From a virus (lineage: Duplodnaviria; Caudoviricetes), in IMG/VR virus record IMGVR_UViG_2910510430_000001, positions 19,888 to 83,887 of that record: a stretch of 64,000 nt of DNA; one strand, 5' to 3'. This document shows, piece after piece, positions 17,882 to 27,370 of the stretch (the first letter of the stretch is position 1; the number at the start of each line of letters is the position of its first letter). The position numbers and the translations under genes were made by a program. The notes under the pieces are model-generated. The model was not told the DNA's origin. It did no database searches and saw only the letters and a list, made by a program, of their open reading frames with translations.

Positions 17882-19438
17882 TCACCATTTGCGTCGCCCG
17901 ATCACGCACAGCAGCGTGTTCACGTTCGTCCCGCACTCGGCGAAGGACCGGTCCGGGAGATCCTGGAAGAAGCCGCGCTTTTCAACCAGCTCGCGGAAGG
18001 CCTGGCTCTTCTTGGTCTCCCGGAACTCGGTACCGGCAGACATCACCGACACCAGAATGCCGTCGGGCTCCAGGAAGTTCAGGGCGTGGACGACGTGGTC
18101 GATGTCACGCTCCCGGTCGAAGGGCGGGTTCATGACGATGCGATCGTAGAGCCCGGTCACGTCCGGGTTCAGGGCGAGGAAGTCGCAGTGGTGCACCTTG
18201 CGGTACCGGCCGGCCATGGTGAGATCCCGGGCCCGCTCGTTGTGGATCTCGACGCAGTCGACGATCGGCTTGGAGACCTTGGTCGGGATGCAAATCCGCT
18301 CCCGCTCCTCCTCCGACCATTCCCAATTCGCGTCGACGATGATGTCTTCCGCTGCCAGGCGGGCAAGGTTGCCGCTGCCGGCGGAAGGCTCGAGGATCTT
18401 CACCCTCGCGTCGGTGGCCTTCGCCGCAGCGTGGAGCCGGGCCTCCTCGATGACCTTCTCGCCGACAGCGAGCGGGGTCGGGAAGAAGCCGTAGTTCTTG
18501 GCGAGCCCGGTCTTGGCGGTCTTCAGCGGGTCGGCGTTCTGCGGGACATTCTCGTTGTCGCCGATCGCCTCGCCGTAATACTCGCCGAGGATCTTGTTGA
18601 CCTTCTGCACGAGATCCTTGCGCTGCATCCACAGATGGGCGTTGCCGTTCTTGAAGATGCGGATCTTGAAATACTCGTTCTCGTGCTCGGACTGGTGCGG
18701 TCCGCGGCTGCCTCGCCGCTCATACTCAACCTGCCCGACGATGCCGGCATAGTTTGGAGGCACCGGCTTACCGTCGAGGACGAGGAAGGCACGCTCGATG
18801 TCCATGAGGTTCTCGGACTGCCGTCCGCTCATGCTGTAGTGCATGAAGCCAGAGAAGGCGTAGTCGAGGATCACCCGACTGCCGATCTTCCAACCATCGT
18901 GCGAGCGGAACCGGCGATCGAGCTTGGCGAAGACGTTGGCAATGCCGCGGCGCCAGATGAAGTCGGCTTCGGCCATGAAGCCTTCGAGCGTGGCCTGCAC
19001 GTTCTCGACCGTCACCGGCGGCAAGCCGGCGTCGATCTCCTCCTGGTTGATGATCTCGCCATCGCGGCCGGACCGCTCGGGAACGTAGCGCATCTGGTCG
19101 CGCAGCTGCTTCTTCGCCTCGGAATCCATCAGGCGCTCCAGGTCGGTGCGCTCGATGATGTGGCTCCAGATCTGGATGTCGGTCAGCCGGCGGGCGACCC
19201 GTTGAAACTGATCGGCATCGGGAAGGCTGACGGCATTGTAGAAGGCCTGCACCTCGCGGGCGTCGCGGTCGTACCAGGCGGTGCCGCCGGGCGCCGCGGC
19301 CTTCACCATCTGGTGCGCGGCCATCATCTTCTCATGGGCGTCGGCGATGGCGATGAAGGCGTCGCCGTAGAGTTCGAGGGCGCGGTCACGACGCGAGCAG
19401 ATCTCGTCGATGGTGGCGCGGTGGATCATCTGGTTCAT
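17882..19438 (-). CDS. DUF4942-like domain plus N6-adenine methyltransferase
   Basis: FKNGNAHLW; FFPTP; ILEPSAGSGNL; IVMNPPF; an in-frame upstream ATG at 19519 also has an RBS. Confidence 0.85.
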   Translation of the reverse strand: MNQMIHRATIDEICSRRDRALELYGDAFIAIADAHEKMMAAHQMVKAAAPGGTAWYDRDAREVQAFYNAVSLPDADQFQRVARRLTDIQIWSHIIERTDLERLMDSEAKKQLRDQMRYVPERSGRDGEIINQEEIDAGLPPVTVENVQATLEGFMAEADFIWRRGIANVFAKLDRRFRSHDGWKIGSRVILDYAFSGFMHYSMSGRQSENLMDIERAFLVLDGKPVPPNYAGIVGQVEYERRGSRGPHQSEHENEYFKIRIFKNGNAHLWMQRKDLVQKVNKILGEYYGEAIGDNENVPQNADPLKTAKTGLAKNYGFFPTPLAVGEKVIEEARLHAAAKATDARVKILEPSAGSGNLARLAAEDIIVDANWEWSEEERERICIPTKVSKPIVDCVEIHNERARDLTMAGRYRKVHHCDFLALNPDVTGLYDRIVMNPPFDRERDIDHVVHALNFLEPDGILVSVMSAGTEFRETKKSQAFRELVEKRGFFQDLPDRSFAECGTNVNTLLCVIGRRKW

Positions 19439-19538
19439 GGGTTTCTCCTGTTTGCCACGTTTGGCGGTGCATTCGGGCGGGCGATGTGCCCGCCCTGGTG
19501 GTCCTGTTGCGCTGGGCATGGTGTCTCCTTCGGCTTGG

Positions 19539-19871
19539 TCAGCGGGATAGGGCGGCGCGGAGAATTATTCGAATGTCCGACTCGTGGACGTACAGGCTGC
19601 GGTACGGACCCAATGCCTCTTGCGCTGCCCGCACCACGTCATCGGGCACGTCAGATGCGATGGGCTGGGGGGCGGCGAAACCGGAGAACGCGAAGTCACG
19701 CCCCGCCTTCTTCTCGTCGTCGTAGGCGTGCAGCAACCAACCCGGCTCGGGATGCCACTCGGTCGAGGCGTAGCTGATGCCGATCGGACGAACGGTGCGG
19801 GTCGCAGTCTCGCCGCGCCAGTTGGTATAGGTGAATGTCAGCGGCGGAATTTCGGTCTTCGCGTCTTCCAT
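19539..19871 (-). CDS. Stand-alone WYL-domain protein
   Basis: FTYTNWRGETATRTVRP...WLLHAYDDEKKAGRDFAFSGF. Confidence 0.8.
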   Translation of the reverse strand: MEDAKTEIPPLTFTYTNWRGETATRTVRPIGISYASTEWHPEPGWLLHAYDDEKKAGRDFAFSGFAAPQPIASDVPDDVVRAAQEALGPYRSLYVHESDIRIILRAALSR

Positions 19872-19965
19872 GGTCGTCTCCATGCCGGCGCTGCCGGCGT
19901 TCACGATTGAGGGGGGAGGCGGCGGGTCACCCTGCCGCTCAGGTCAAGTCAGAGGTGAGGTCAGG

Positions 19966-21138
19966 TCACACCCGCATCGGCATCAGGACAGCCGACCAGG
20001 TCGGCGAGGCGCCGCGAATGACGGCGGGGCTGCCGCAATCGGAGAACCGCATTTCGAACTCCTCGCCGATCTCGCCGGCGACGGCTGCCAGGGCCTTGAG
20101 GTAGCTGGCGTTGAAGCCGATCTCGAACTCGTCCACCTCGGTGGTGCAGGTGATGTCGGCCTCGGCCGTCCCGGCATCCGGGCTGCGCACCATCAGCCGG
20201 CAGCTGCCGGGCGACAGCGTCAGCTTCACCGCCCTGCCGCGCTCGGTCGAGATCACGGTGACGCCGTCGACTGCGGCGGTCAGGGCATCGCAGTTGAAGG
20301 TCACCGCCTTGTCGTTCGCCGACGGGATCACCCGCTGGTAGTCGGGGAAGGTGCCGTCGATGACCTTCGACGTGATGGTGATGCGGCCGAAGGTCATCCG
20401 GACCTTGGCCGTCTGCACCTCGATCGCCACCTCGCCCCGCTCCCGGGACATCAGCTTCTCAACCACCTCGATTGTCTTCCGGGGGATGATCACGCCGGGG
20501 ATTGCGGCGGTGCCGGCAGGCGCCGTCACCGTCTTGATGGCGAGGCGGTGCCCATCGGTGGCGACGAAGCGCAGGTCGCCTTCGCCGTCCCCGGTCACCG
20601 GCCGGTGCATGAAGATCCCGTTGAGGTAGTAGCGGGTCTCCTCCTTGGAGACCGCGAAGGACACCATGCCGAAGGACCCGGTCAGGGCCGGCGCCGACAT
20701 GACGAAGCTGTGAGTGAAGGTGCCGGGCTCGACCTCTGGATAGTCGGCGACTGGCAGGGTCGGCAGCTTCATCGACGCGGCGCCGTGGGTGATCGTCAGC
20801 GGAGCGTCTTCGTCGCCGCCGAGCGGCGCCGTCAGCTCGATCGTGTCGGCCTTGGACTTGGTGACCAGGTCGCGCAGCGAGTGTGCCGGAACGGTCGCAG
20901 CGAAGCGCCGATCGAGAGCCTCGCACGGCACCCGGACAGCGATCTCGATGTCGAGGTCGGTGGCAGTGATGATCAGCTGGTCGGCATAAGTCGACAGCTT
21001 GACGTTCGACAGGATCGGGATGGTGTTGCGCTTCTCAATGACCTTGATCGCGGCGTCGAGGCCGGCCTTCAGGTGGGTGCGGGCCATCGTAGCGACAGCC
21101 TGGTGCATGTTGGCGCGGATGGGGGTGACGTTCGTCAT
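19966..21138 (-). CDS. dnaN: DNA polymerase III beta sliding clamp, phage-borne
   Basis: IEKRNTIPILSNV, ATDLDIEI, EETRYYLNGI, ATDGHRLA, GTFPDYQRVIP, IGFNASYL, VLMPMRV. Confidence 0.95.
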   Translation of the reverse strand: MTNVTPIRANMHQAVATMARTHLKAGLDAAIKVIEKRNTIPILSNVKLSTYADQLIITATDLDIEIAVRVPCEALDRRFAATVPAHSLRDLVTKSKADTIELTAPLGGDEDAPLTITHGAASMKLPTLPVADYPEVEPGTFTHSFVMSAPALTGSFGMVSFAVSKEETRYYLNGIFMHRPVTGDGEGDLRFVATDGHRLAIKTVTAPAGTAAIPGVIIPRKTIEVVEKLMSRERGEVAIEVQTAKVRMTFGRITITSKVIDGTFPDYQRVIPSANDKAVTFNCDALTAAVDGVTVISTERGRAVKLTLSPGSCRLMVRSPDAGTAEADITCTTEVDEFEIGFNASYLKALAAVAGEIGEEFEMRFSDCGSPAVIRGASPTWSAVLMPMRV

Positions 21139-21294
21139 GTCGATGTCCTTCTGTTGAGGGTCCGCACAATTGCGGGGGTCGGCATGCTGCCGGGACACGG
21201 CCACCACGACGGTGACCGTCGCCTTGCGGCATGATCCTGTCTTCATCTATGTCAGGTGAGACGTGACGCTCCTTTTCTAGCCGAAGGCAAAAAT

Positions 21295-21831
21295 ATGTTC
21301 GATTCGCTTTCATCGATCTGGAAGTATTTCGAGGCGAGCGAGAAGGTCGGGTGGATTGCCGTTACCGCTGGTAGCCTTCTCATGCTGTCCGCCGAGGTTG
21401 ACCATGGATGGCTAACCGGCCTCGACTTCGTCGGTCTTGCCGGTCAGACCGTCATAATTGTCGGCGCCGCGATCGTGGTCGTGAACGCGGTGAGCAGGGC
21501 GTGGATGTCGTTCTCCAAGTGGAGCGAGGGCAGACGCGAGCGGCTCGACACAGCTGTTGCTGAACGAAAGGCGGAGGAGAATGCTCTAGCCAACATCGAG
21601 GCGCTCGATGAGCATGGGTTGGTACAATTGATCTGGCTCCTGGCGAACGATCGGCGACGTTTTCAGTACTCCAACGTCCTCTTTCGAGCTGGCGTAGCAA
21701 GGCACGCACCCAACTGTACGGCGATCTACGAGTTACGTCCGATTTTCTGGGAGAACCGCGAGCGTCTTTTGGAAGAGCATGACAAACTCCGTATTCCGCA
21801 GCAATTCCCTGCAACTAGGTACGTCGCCTAG
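21295..21831 (+). CDS. Membrane moron, SieB-like superinfection-exclusion candidate
   Basis: Two N-terminal TM segments, opposite strand, visibly more AT-rich; stop abuts the VWA stop. Confidence 0.55.
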   Translation: MFDSLSSIWKYFEASEKVGWIAVTAGSLLMLSAEVDHGWLTGLDFVGLAGQTVIIVGAAIVVVNAVSRAWMSFSKWSEGRRERLDTAVAERKAEENALANIEALDEHGLVQLIWLLANDRRRFQYSNVLFRAGVARHAPNCTAIYELRPIFWENRERLLEEHDKLRIPQQFPATRYVA

Positions 21832-23043
21832 CTATGCCTCGAGGTGGATCGCTTCGCCGAACGGCGTCCGGCTGCTGACGTTCTGAAACTCCCGGGGATC
21901 GCCTGGTACCGCCCACAGCACCGGGCAATCGGGCTCGTCGCCGAAGTCGGTGACGTATAGGTCGGTCAGGTAGACGACGGCCCTGGCGTCGCTGGCATTC
22001 TCCCGCACCCATTCGAAAGTGTCGGCGAAGGCGGTGCCGCCGCCGCCTAGCATGCGCAGATCCACGACATCGCCGGTCTCGTATTCGTCATGTCCCTGCA
22101 CGGCGGCGTCGGCATAGATCACCGTCACCTTGTCGATCGCGCCGTCGCCGAAGGCGCCGTTGATCTCGGCGGCGAAGGCGTCGAGCATGTCCTTCGTGAT
22201 GGAGCCGGACGTGTCGACAGCGAAGACGATGTGCGACACGCCGTCAGACACCAGCGACGGCAGGACGTAGCCCATCTGCAGGAAGCGGCGGTTCGGCCGG
22301 GACCAGGAATAGTCCCGGTTCTGCGACTGGTCGATGAAGCGGCGGAACACCTGCCGCCAGTCGACCTTGGGCTGCAGAAGCTGGTCGACGATGCGCTGCA
22401 GGGCACCGGGCAGGGAGCCGGCGTTCGCCGCCTTGGCGATCGACGCGGCCTGACGGATCTTCACCGTCATTTCCGCCTCAGCTGCCGCCTTGGCCGCCTC
22501 GTCATGCTGGCCGCAGGCATCGAGCACCTCGCCGCAGCCGCCGGGATCGTTGCGCTCGCCGGCGCCCGGCTGGCCGGTGCCCTGGCCGCCATCCTCATCC
22601 TCGTCATCGAGGAGGCGATAGATTTCCTCGGCACCGAGCCCGGTGTATTTGCGGTCGAGCAGGCCACCTTGCGGCATGACCATCGGCGGGCGCTTCAGGT
22701 TCTTCGTCTTCTGGATCTCGTCGGCATAGTCCTGCAGCTCGACGTTGATCGCGAAGTCTGCGGCGATGTTGAACCGGCGGTGCTGCCGGTCGCCCCGCCT
22801 GGTGTGGTGCATCGAGGCATTGTGCATGATCTCGTGGGCGATGACGAAGACCAGCTCCTCACGGCTCAGCTTGTCGACGAAGGGCGGGTAATAGATCAGC
22901 CGGCGGCTGTCGGTCGCCATCGTCTTGCAGATGGCGCCGTCGGAGTCCTCCTCGAGCATCAGCTGCACGGCGAGGGCGCCGAAGAAGGGGTGATCCCACA
23001 TCAGGGCGGTGCGGGCGGAGAGGATCTTGGTCTCGGTGTCCAT
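21832..23043 (-). CDS. DUF2201-type metallopeptidase (HExxH) plus VWA domain
   Basis: AHEIMH, NIAADFAIN, PKVDWRQVF, VDTSGSI, GGGGTAF, YLTDL. Confidence 0.9.
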   Translation of the reverse strand: MDTETKILSARTALMWDHPFFGALAVQLMLEEDSDGAICKTMATDSRRLIYYPPFVDKLSREELVFVIAHEIMHNASMHHTRRGDRQHRRFNIAADFAINVELQDYADEIQKTKNLKRPPMVMPQGGLLDRKYTGLGAEEIYRLLDDEDEDGGQGTGQPGAGERNDPGGCGEVLDACGQHDEAAKAAAEAEMTVKIRQAASIAKAANAGSLPGALQRIVDQLLQPKVDWRQVFRRFIDQSQNRDYSWSRPNRRFLQMGYVLPSLVSDGVSHIVFAVDTSGSITKDMLDAFAAEINGAFGDGAIDKVTVIYADAAVQGHDEYETGDVVDLRMLGGGGTAFADTFEWVRENASDARAVVYLTDLYVTDFGDEPDCPVLWAVPGDPREFQNVSSRTPFGEAIHLEA

Positions 23044-23138
23044 GGCGGGGTCTCACGATTGAGGGAAGGGTTGTTTGACGTTCGGTAGGGTGTAATAGCT
23101 GTCTGATCGTAGAGGAAACAGCTGATGCGGAGGTCAGA

Positions 23139-23462
23139 ATGAAGACGTTCTTCAGGTGCGTACTCATCGCCGCGGGCCTAGCGTCTTCTACCGCAGCTGG
23201 TGATGAACATTCTGTCGGGGGTAAGTCTGCTCTCGAGCGTGGTTCCCCTGCCCCATCTGGCGGTCTGCCCCCCGCCGCAAATGTGCCGGAAGCAGAGGAT
23301 GGATGCGTGGTCAAAATCGAAGGTGCGGGGAGCTCATTCGCCGACGAGTACTGCAAGCCCGAAAATACACCGATCGACGATGGGACTGTCGCCACTTCGA
23401 ATGATGGGGTTGAAGGACAAGGAACCATGGATATGATGAACTCGGAAGCCGTTCAGAAATAG
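23139..23462 (+). CDS. Moron, small secreted acidic protein
   Basis: Signal-like N-terminus; opposite strand. Confidence 0.5.
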   Translation: MKTFFRCVLIAAGLASSTAAGDEHSVGGKSALERGSPAPSGGLPPAANVPEAEDGCVVKIEGAGSSFADEYCKPENTPIDDGTVATSNDGVEGQGTMDMMNSEAVQK

Positions 23463-23476
23463 AGTAGAAGAGCAGA

Positions 23477-24052
23477 ATGCATCTCTTCACTCTATGGCTC
23501 CTGATTGCTGTCGGTTCAGCCACGCTGTGTTGGTCTGCAGTGTTGAGGTTCCTAAAGCGAGGCGAAAGATTAGAGGCTTTCGTGGTGTTGCTTGGGCTAA
23601 CCGCAATCGCAGCAACTGCGGGGCTTACAGGCGGACTTAGCCGAGTCGGTGCTGTCGGAAGCGTTATCGCAGCTGCACTTGGACTCATGAGCGGCGTCGT
23701 ACTATTTTTGTTTGCGGCAGATCGATCGAAGGGCACGATCGTATCGATCGGAGCGATCGCGTTCTCTTTGTCACTAAGTCTCGCCTATTTCGAAGCGTCT
23801 GAGCTAAGGGCAGTACCAGAGAGGTACGCTTACTGGCGTGACCGCTGTGTTTCGATATATTCCGGTTCTACCGTTGTCGCGGACGAGAATATCGTGAACG
23901 TCCGCGACGGCATTTTCGGCCGAACGTGTGCCCGCATCATCAGGTCTGAGCAGGATAAGCTTCTGGCCGAGGACGAGCCATTGTTGCAGGGCTTGTGGGA
24001 TCGGCTAGCTGCCGGAGTGTGCTCGATTCTACCGATCTGCAGAGAGCGATAG
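23477..24052 (+). CDS. Moron, four-TM membrane protein
   Basis: Hydrophobic helices; visibly lower GC. Confidence 0.65.
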   Translation: MHLFTLWLLIAVGSATLCWSAVLRFLKRGERLEAFVVLLGLTAIAATAGLTGGLSRVGAVGSVIAAALGLMSGVVLFLFAADRSKGTIVSIGAIAFSLSLSLAYFEASELRAVPERYAYWRDRCVSIYSGSTVVADENIVNVRDGIFGRTCARIIRSEQDKLLAEDEPLLQGLWDRLAAGVCSILPICRER

Positions 24053-24067
24053 TTTTAGGCGAGACAA

Positions 24068-25054
24068 TCAATTCAACGTCACGTCCTGGTTCTCTGTCGC
24101 CCACGTCGTGAACGCCTGAGTGTGCGACAGGCCGGGGTCACGGCGCACCGCGTCGATCACCATCATGATGTTGAACTCGCGGCTGATCCGACTGGTGTAG
24201 GCCATGGCCGCGCCGAAGGTCTTGCGGTCCACCTTGCGGGCAAGGCCGGCGCTGATCGCATACTTGGCGGCCGGATCCTTGACGAGCGGGGCGCCGGTCG
24301 GATTGGCCAGCACCAGGTCGAGCGAGGGCAGATCCTTGTAGACCCGGACGAAGCCTTCGAATTCGGCCGCTGCGCCTTCACCGACGAGGCCGGTGACAAG
24401 CGACAGGCGGAGCGCTTCCGGAGCGTTGGCGATCTTGGCCACCTGCGACCATGCCCGGGGCGTCGGGAACGCCCGCAGGTCGTTCCCTTCCATGTTGTGC
24501 AACAGGCCGGAGCGAAACCGCACGAAGGCGACGACCATCGGGTCGACGTTGTTCTTGAACGCCCAGGCGGAGAAGGATTCGACATCCGGCTCTATGTCGA
24601 TGTGGGCGAAGCGGTTGGCGAGCGCAGTGGGCATCCGCTGCGCCGCCGCCCGGTCCGCCTGCCGGTTGCCGGCGGCGATGATCCGCCAGCCCTCGGGTAG
24701 GCGATACTCACCGACCTTGCGGTCGAGCACCAGCCCGAAGCATGCCGCCTGCACGCTGGCCGGTGCCGCGTTCAGCTCGTCCATGAAGAAGATGCCTTCC
24801 TCGCCGTCGCGATCGGCACGGGGCAGGTCATCCGGGGCGAGCCACTTGGCAGTGTCGCCATTGACGGAGGGCAGGCCGCGGAGATCGACCGGATCGCGGA
24901 GGATGGCGCGGAAGTCGATCATCGGGATGTCGCGATCGTTGGCGATCTGGCGGACGGTGTCCGACTTGCCGACGCCTGGCGCTCCCCACAGGAAGACGGG
25001 GATGTCGGCGTCGAGGTAGGCAGCGAGCGCCTTGGTAGCGTTCATCAGGTTCAT
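24068..25054 (-). CDS. MoxR-like AAA+ ATPase
   Basis: WGAPGVGKS, FFMDELN, AAGNR, ALANRF, PTPRAW. Confidence 0.92.
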   Translation of the reverse strand: MNLMNATKALAAYLDADIPVFLWGAPGVGKSDTVRQIANDRDIPMIDFRAILRDPVDLRGLPSVNGDTAKWLAPDDLPRADRDGEEGIFFMDELNAAPASVQAACFGLVLDRKVGEYRLPEGWRIIAAGNRQADRAAAQRMPTALANRFAHIDIEPDVESFSAWAFKNNVDPMVVAFVRFRSGLLHNMEGNDLRAFPTPRAWSQVAKIANAPEALRLSLVTGLVGEGAAAEFEGFVRVYKDLPSLDLVLANPTGAPLVKDPAAKYAISAGLARKVDRKTFGAAMAYTSRISREFNIMMVIDAVRRDPGLSHTQAFTTWATENQDVTLN

Positions 25055-25100
25055 GGGTCTCTTCCTTCGTTGCACAATTGCAGGGGGGGTGAGCGTCAGC

Positions 25101-25394
25101 TCAGTTCTTGGCGTTGCGCCATTGCTGGCAGATCATGTCGGCGTTGCCGGAGCTCGAGAATTGGCCGGCGATATTGCCGGCCATCATTGCTGTTTCGGAG
25201 AGCGTGGTGCTCACCGATTTGCCTTGCGCCTCGGCGGACTTCTCCACCGCACGCATCCAAACCTCCTCGGTGATCTCGCCGGGACAAAGCGCCTTAACCG
25301 TGCCGATGAGGATGGCCGCCTTCGGGAAGTCGTCGGCGGCGAGAGCCGGGGCAGAGAGACTGCCGAGTAGCGCGGCAAGCAGAAGCTTCTTCAT
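25101..25394 (-). CDS. Small secreted protein
   Basis: Signal peptide MKKLLLAALLGSLSAPALA. Confidence 0.7.
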   Translation of the reverse strand: MKKLLLAALLGSLSAPALAADDFPKAAILIGTVKALCPGEITEEVWMRAVEKSAEAQGKSVSTTLSETAMMAGNIAGQFSSSGNADMICQQWRNAKN

Positions 25395-25579
25395 CGGTGT
25401 TCCTTCGGCTGTTGCGCACGTCGGCGCTTGCGAGGTTCAGGCGGGGGCGTATCGACCCCCGCCATCTTTCTCAACTCTGCGACACCCTTCTGCAATCCGT
25501 CCTCGTATTTCGCGAACGGCATCCAGAAGGCTTCGCGATCGGTGACGCCGGCAAGGCGTTCGAGTTTGCCGATGTTCAT
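25391..25579 (-). CDS. Hypothetical protein
   Basis: ATGA overlaps on both sides. Confidence 0.6.
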   Translation of the reverse strand: MNIGKLERLAGVTDREAFWMPFAKYEDGLQKGVAELRKMAGVDTPPPEPRKRRRAQQPKEHR

Positions 25580-25836
25580 GCGGCCTCGCTCTCGTCGTCG
25601 ACAGCGGGATCGAAAGCCTGCGGCCCGACAAGATCGCGGGCAGATACGATCATCGCCTCGAAGGCAGAGAACTCATCGAGCAGGCGATCGTCGGACAGGT
25701 CAGCGCGCATATCTTCGGGATCGTCATAGTCCTCGTTATCTGCGGCGAAGCAATCGTCGAGGGTCATCAGGCGCGCCATGTTCTTGGTGTAGGCGAGGAG
25801 GTCTCCATAAGAGGGTTGAGTTTTAGGAAGCGACAT
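25576..25836 (-). CDS. Small very acidic protein
   Basis: ...ADNEDYDDPEDMRADLSDDRLLDEF... Confidence 0.6.
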   Translation of the reverse strand: MSLPKTQPSYGDLLAYTKNMARLMTLDDCFAADNEDYDDPEDMRADLSDDRLLDEFSAFEAMIVSARDLVGPQAFDPAVDDESEAA

Positions 25837-26668
25837 CTTCTTCATCCTCCTCGTTCTGCACGGGCACCAGCACCCATGCTTGCACCCAGGTGCCGTCGTT
25901 TCCGCGCGATGCCTCGGCACCCTCGTCGATGTTGATCTCGTCGCTGCCGTACTGTTCGCGGGCGGCATGGACTTCGTCGTCGGTGGCGAGGGTGGCGATG
26001 GGCTTCGGCTCTAGGTCGACGAGCTCGTGATGGTCGTCCTCGTTCTCGTCGCGGATGTAGATGACCGTCGGGTTGGTGCCGTCCACCTCAGTTTCGATCC
26101 CATCATAGTTGATAGAGCCAATCAGTCCGCTTTCGTTCAGCTCCTTGATCTTTTGAAGCGCACTATCGGGGGACGTCGTTTCAACAGTGATGTCGTAATA
26201 GACGCGGGCATCGACGCCGACCTTGCAGCTGAATTCCTGCATCACTGGCTCGTCGTCGCCGGGCTCGTCATCCTCGTTAGGCTCGAAAAGGCCGGTCTCG
26301 ACCGCATGGCGCAGAGTGTTCTTGATCGCCGCGTCACAGCCGGTCTCGTGCCATTCGGTCAAAAGAGCCTTGCCGGCGGCATACTCCGCGCTAGCCTGCC
26401 ACTCGGCATAGGTTTCGAAGCCGAGTTCCTTTCCGCGTTCGTGGCCGATGTGCGGGGGCATGTCGGAAAGCGTCGGCCCGGTTGGCGGCTCGGGAAGGTG
26501 GCGGACGTCGAAGGCAAACTCGCTGTCTTCGCCTTCCGATATATCAGTCGTGAACCAATAGGTACGGGGGCCTTGGCCGAGGTCGTCGTCTTTGTAGACG
26601 CACCAGATCGAAACGTTCTGATGGCGGATCATGCGCTCGGGCGCGACCCATTCTTGGCGGTAGGGCAT
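25823..26668 (-). CDS. Acidic multi-segment hypothetical protein
   Basis: AGGAG RBS; D/E-rich; ...EINIDEGAEASRGNDGTWVQAWVLV. Confidence 0.7.
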   Translation of the reverse strand: MPYRQEWVAPERMIRHQNVSIWCVYKDDDLGQGPRTYWFTTDISEGEDSEFAFDVRHLPEPPTGPTLSDMPPHIGHERGKELGFETYAEWQASAEYAAGKALLTEWHETGCDAAIKNTLRHAVETGLFEPNEDDEPGDDEPVMQEFSCKVGVDARVYYDITVETTSPDSALQKIKELNESGLIGSINYDGIETEVDGTNPTVIYIRDENEDDHHELVDLEPKPIATLATDDEVHAAREQYGSDEINIDEGAEASRGNDGTWVQAWVLVPVQNEEDEEDVAS

Positions 26669-26682
26669 GGTGTCCTCCAGGA

Positions 26683-26910
26683 TTACGGGGCGATCAGTTC
26701 GCTGTGGCCTTCGCTGAAGCCGCCGCCGTAGCAGCGCCGGCATTCGAGGCGGTCGAAGTCTTCACCGTCGGCGGCGCCCCATATCTTGCGCCGGCGGAGC
26801 GCCGGGAACATGCGCTCCAGCATGTTGCCGGGGCCGGCCAGGCGCTCAGGCTTGGCGTCCAGATTGTCGATGTGGGTGACGTGTCCGCAGTTCGCGCAGC
26901 GGCCGAGCAT
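26683..26910 (-). CDS. Small zinc-finger protein
   Basis: CANCGH...CRRC. Confidence 0.6.
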   Translation of the reverse strand: MLGRCANCGHVTHIDNLDAKPERLAGPGNMLERMFPALRRRKIWGAADGEDFDRLECRRCYGGGFSEGHSELIAP

Positions 26911-27155
26911 CAGGCTTGCTCTTCGACTGGCACCATGACCAGCTGGCTGAACACCCAGCTGACACCGTCTTCGTCGAGGAAGACCATTTCGCCATCGCGC
27001 TCGACCGTCTCTGCCTCGTCCCAGAAGACGTCGGTGCCGCCGGCATACTCCGGGACGCGGGTCTCGGGGTCGATGCCAGTGATGTTGGCGCGGCCAGATA
27101 GCCGCTCCATTGTGCCGACGATCGGCGAGCCGGTCGGGGACTGAAAGTCTGCCAT
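26910..27155 (-). CDS. Small acidic protein
   Basis: GGAG RBS; preceded by a hairpin module. Confidence 0.65.
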   Translation of the reverse strand: MADFQSPTGSPIVGTMERLSGRANITGIDPETRVPEYAGGTDVFWDEAETVERDGEMVFLDEDGVSWVFSQLVMVPVEEQA

Positions 27156-27370
27156 ATGATGTTCTCCGAGTTGCACAATTGCGGGGAGGAGGAGGCGGGT
27201 CGGAGCCCGCCCCCGGTAATCAGGTTGTCACGGTTTCTTGGCGCCGCACTTTCGGCAGAAGAGGCTAGCTTTTGTTAGGGGCTCGCCGGTTCCAAGGACG
27301 ACCAAGGGGAGCGGCTTGCGCCATTCGTGAGCGCAGACTTTCCGCTTAAGCCAGAGCGATATCGCCCCTC

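Noticed and set aside
17660-19777. 705-aa plus-strand ORF
   Set aside because: Antisense shadow of the DUF4942-MTase and WYL genes; no recognisable motifs; typical of high-GC DNA.
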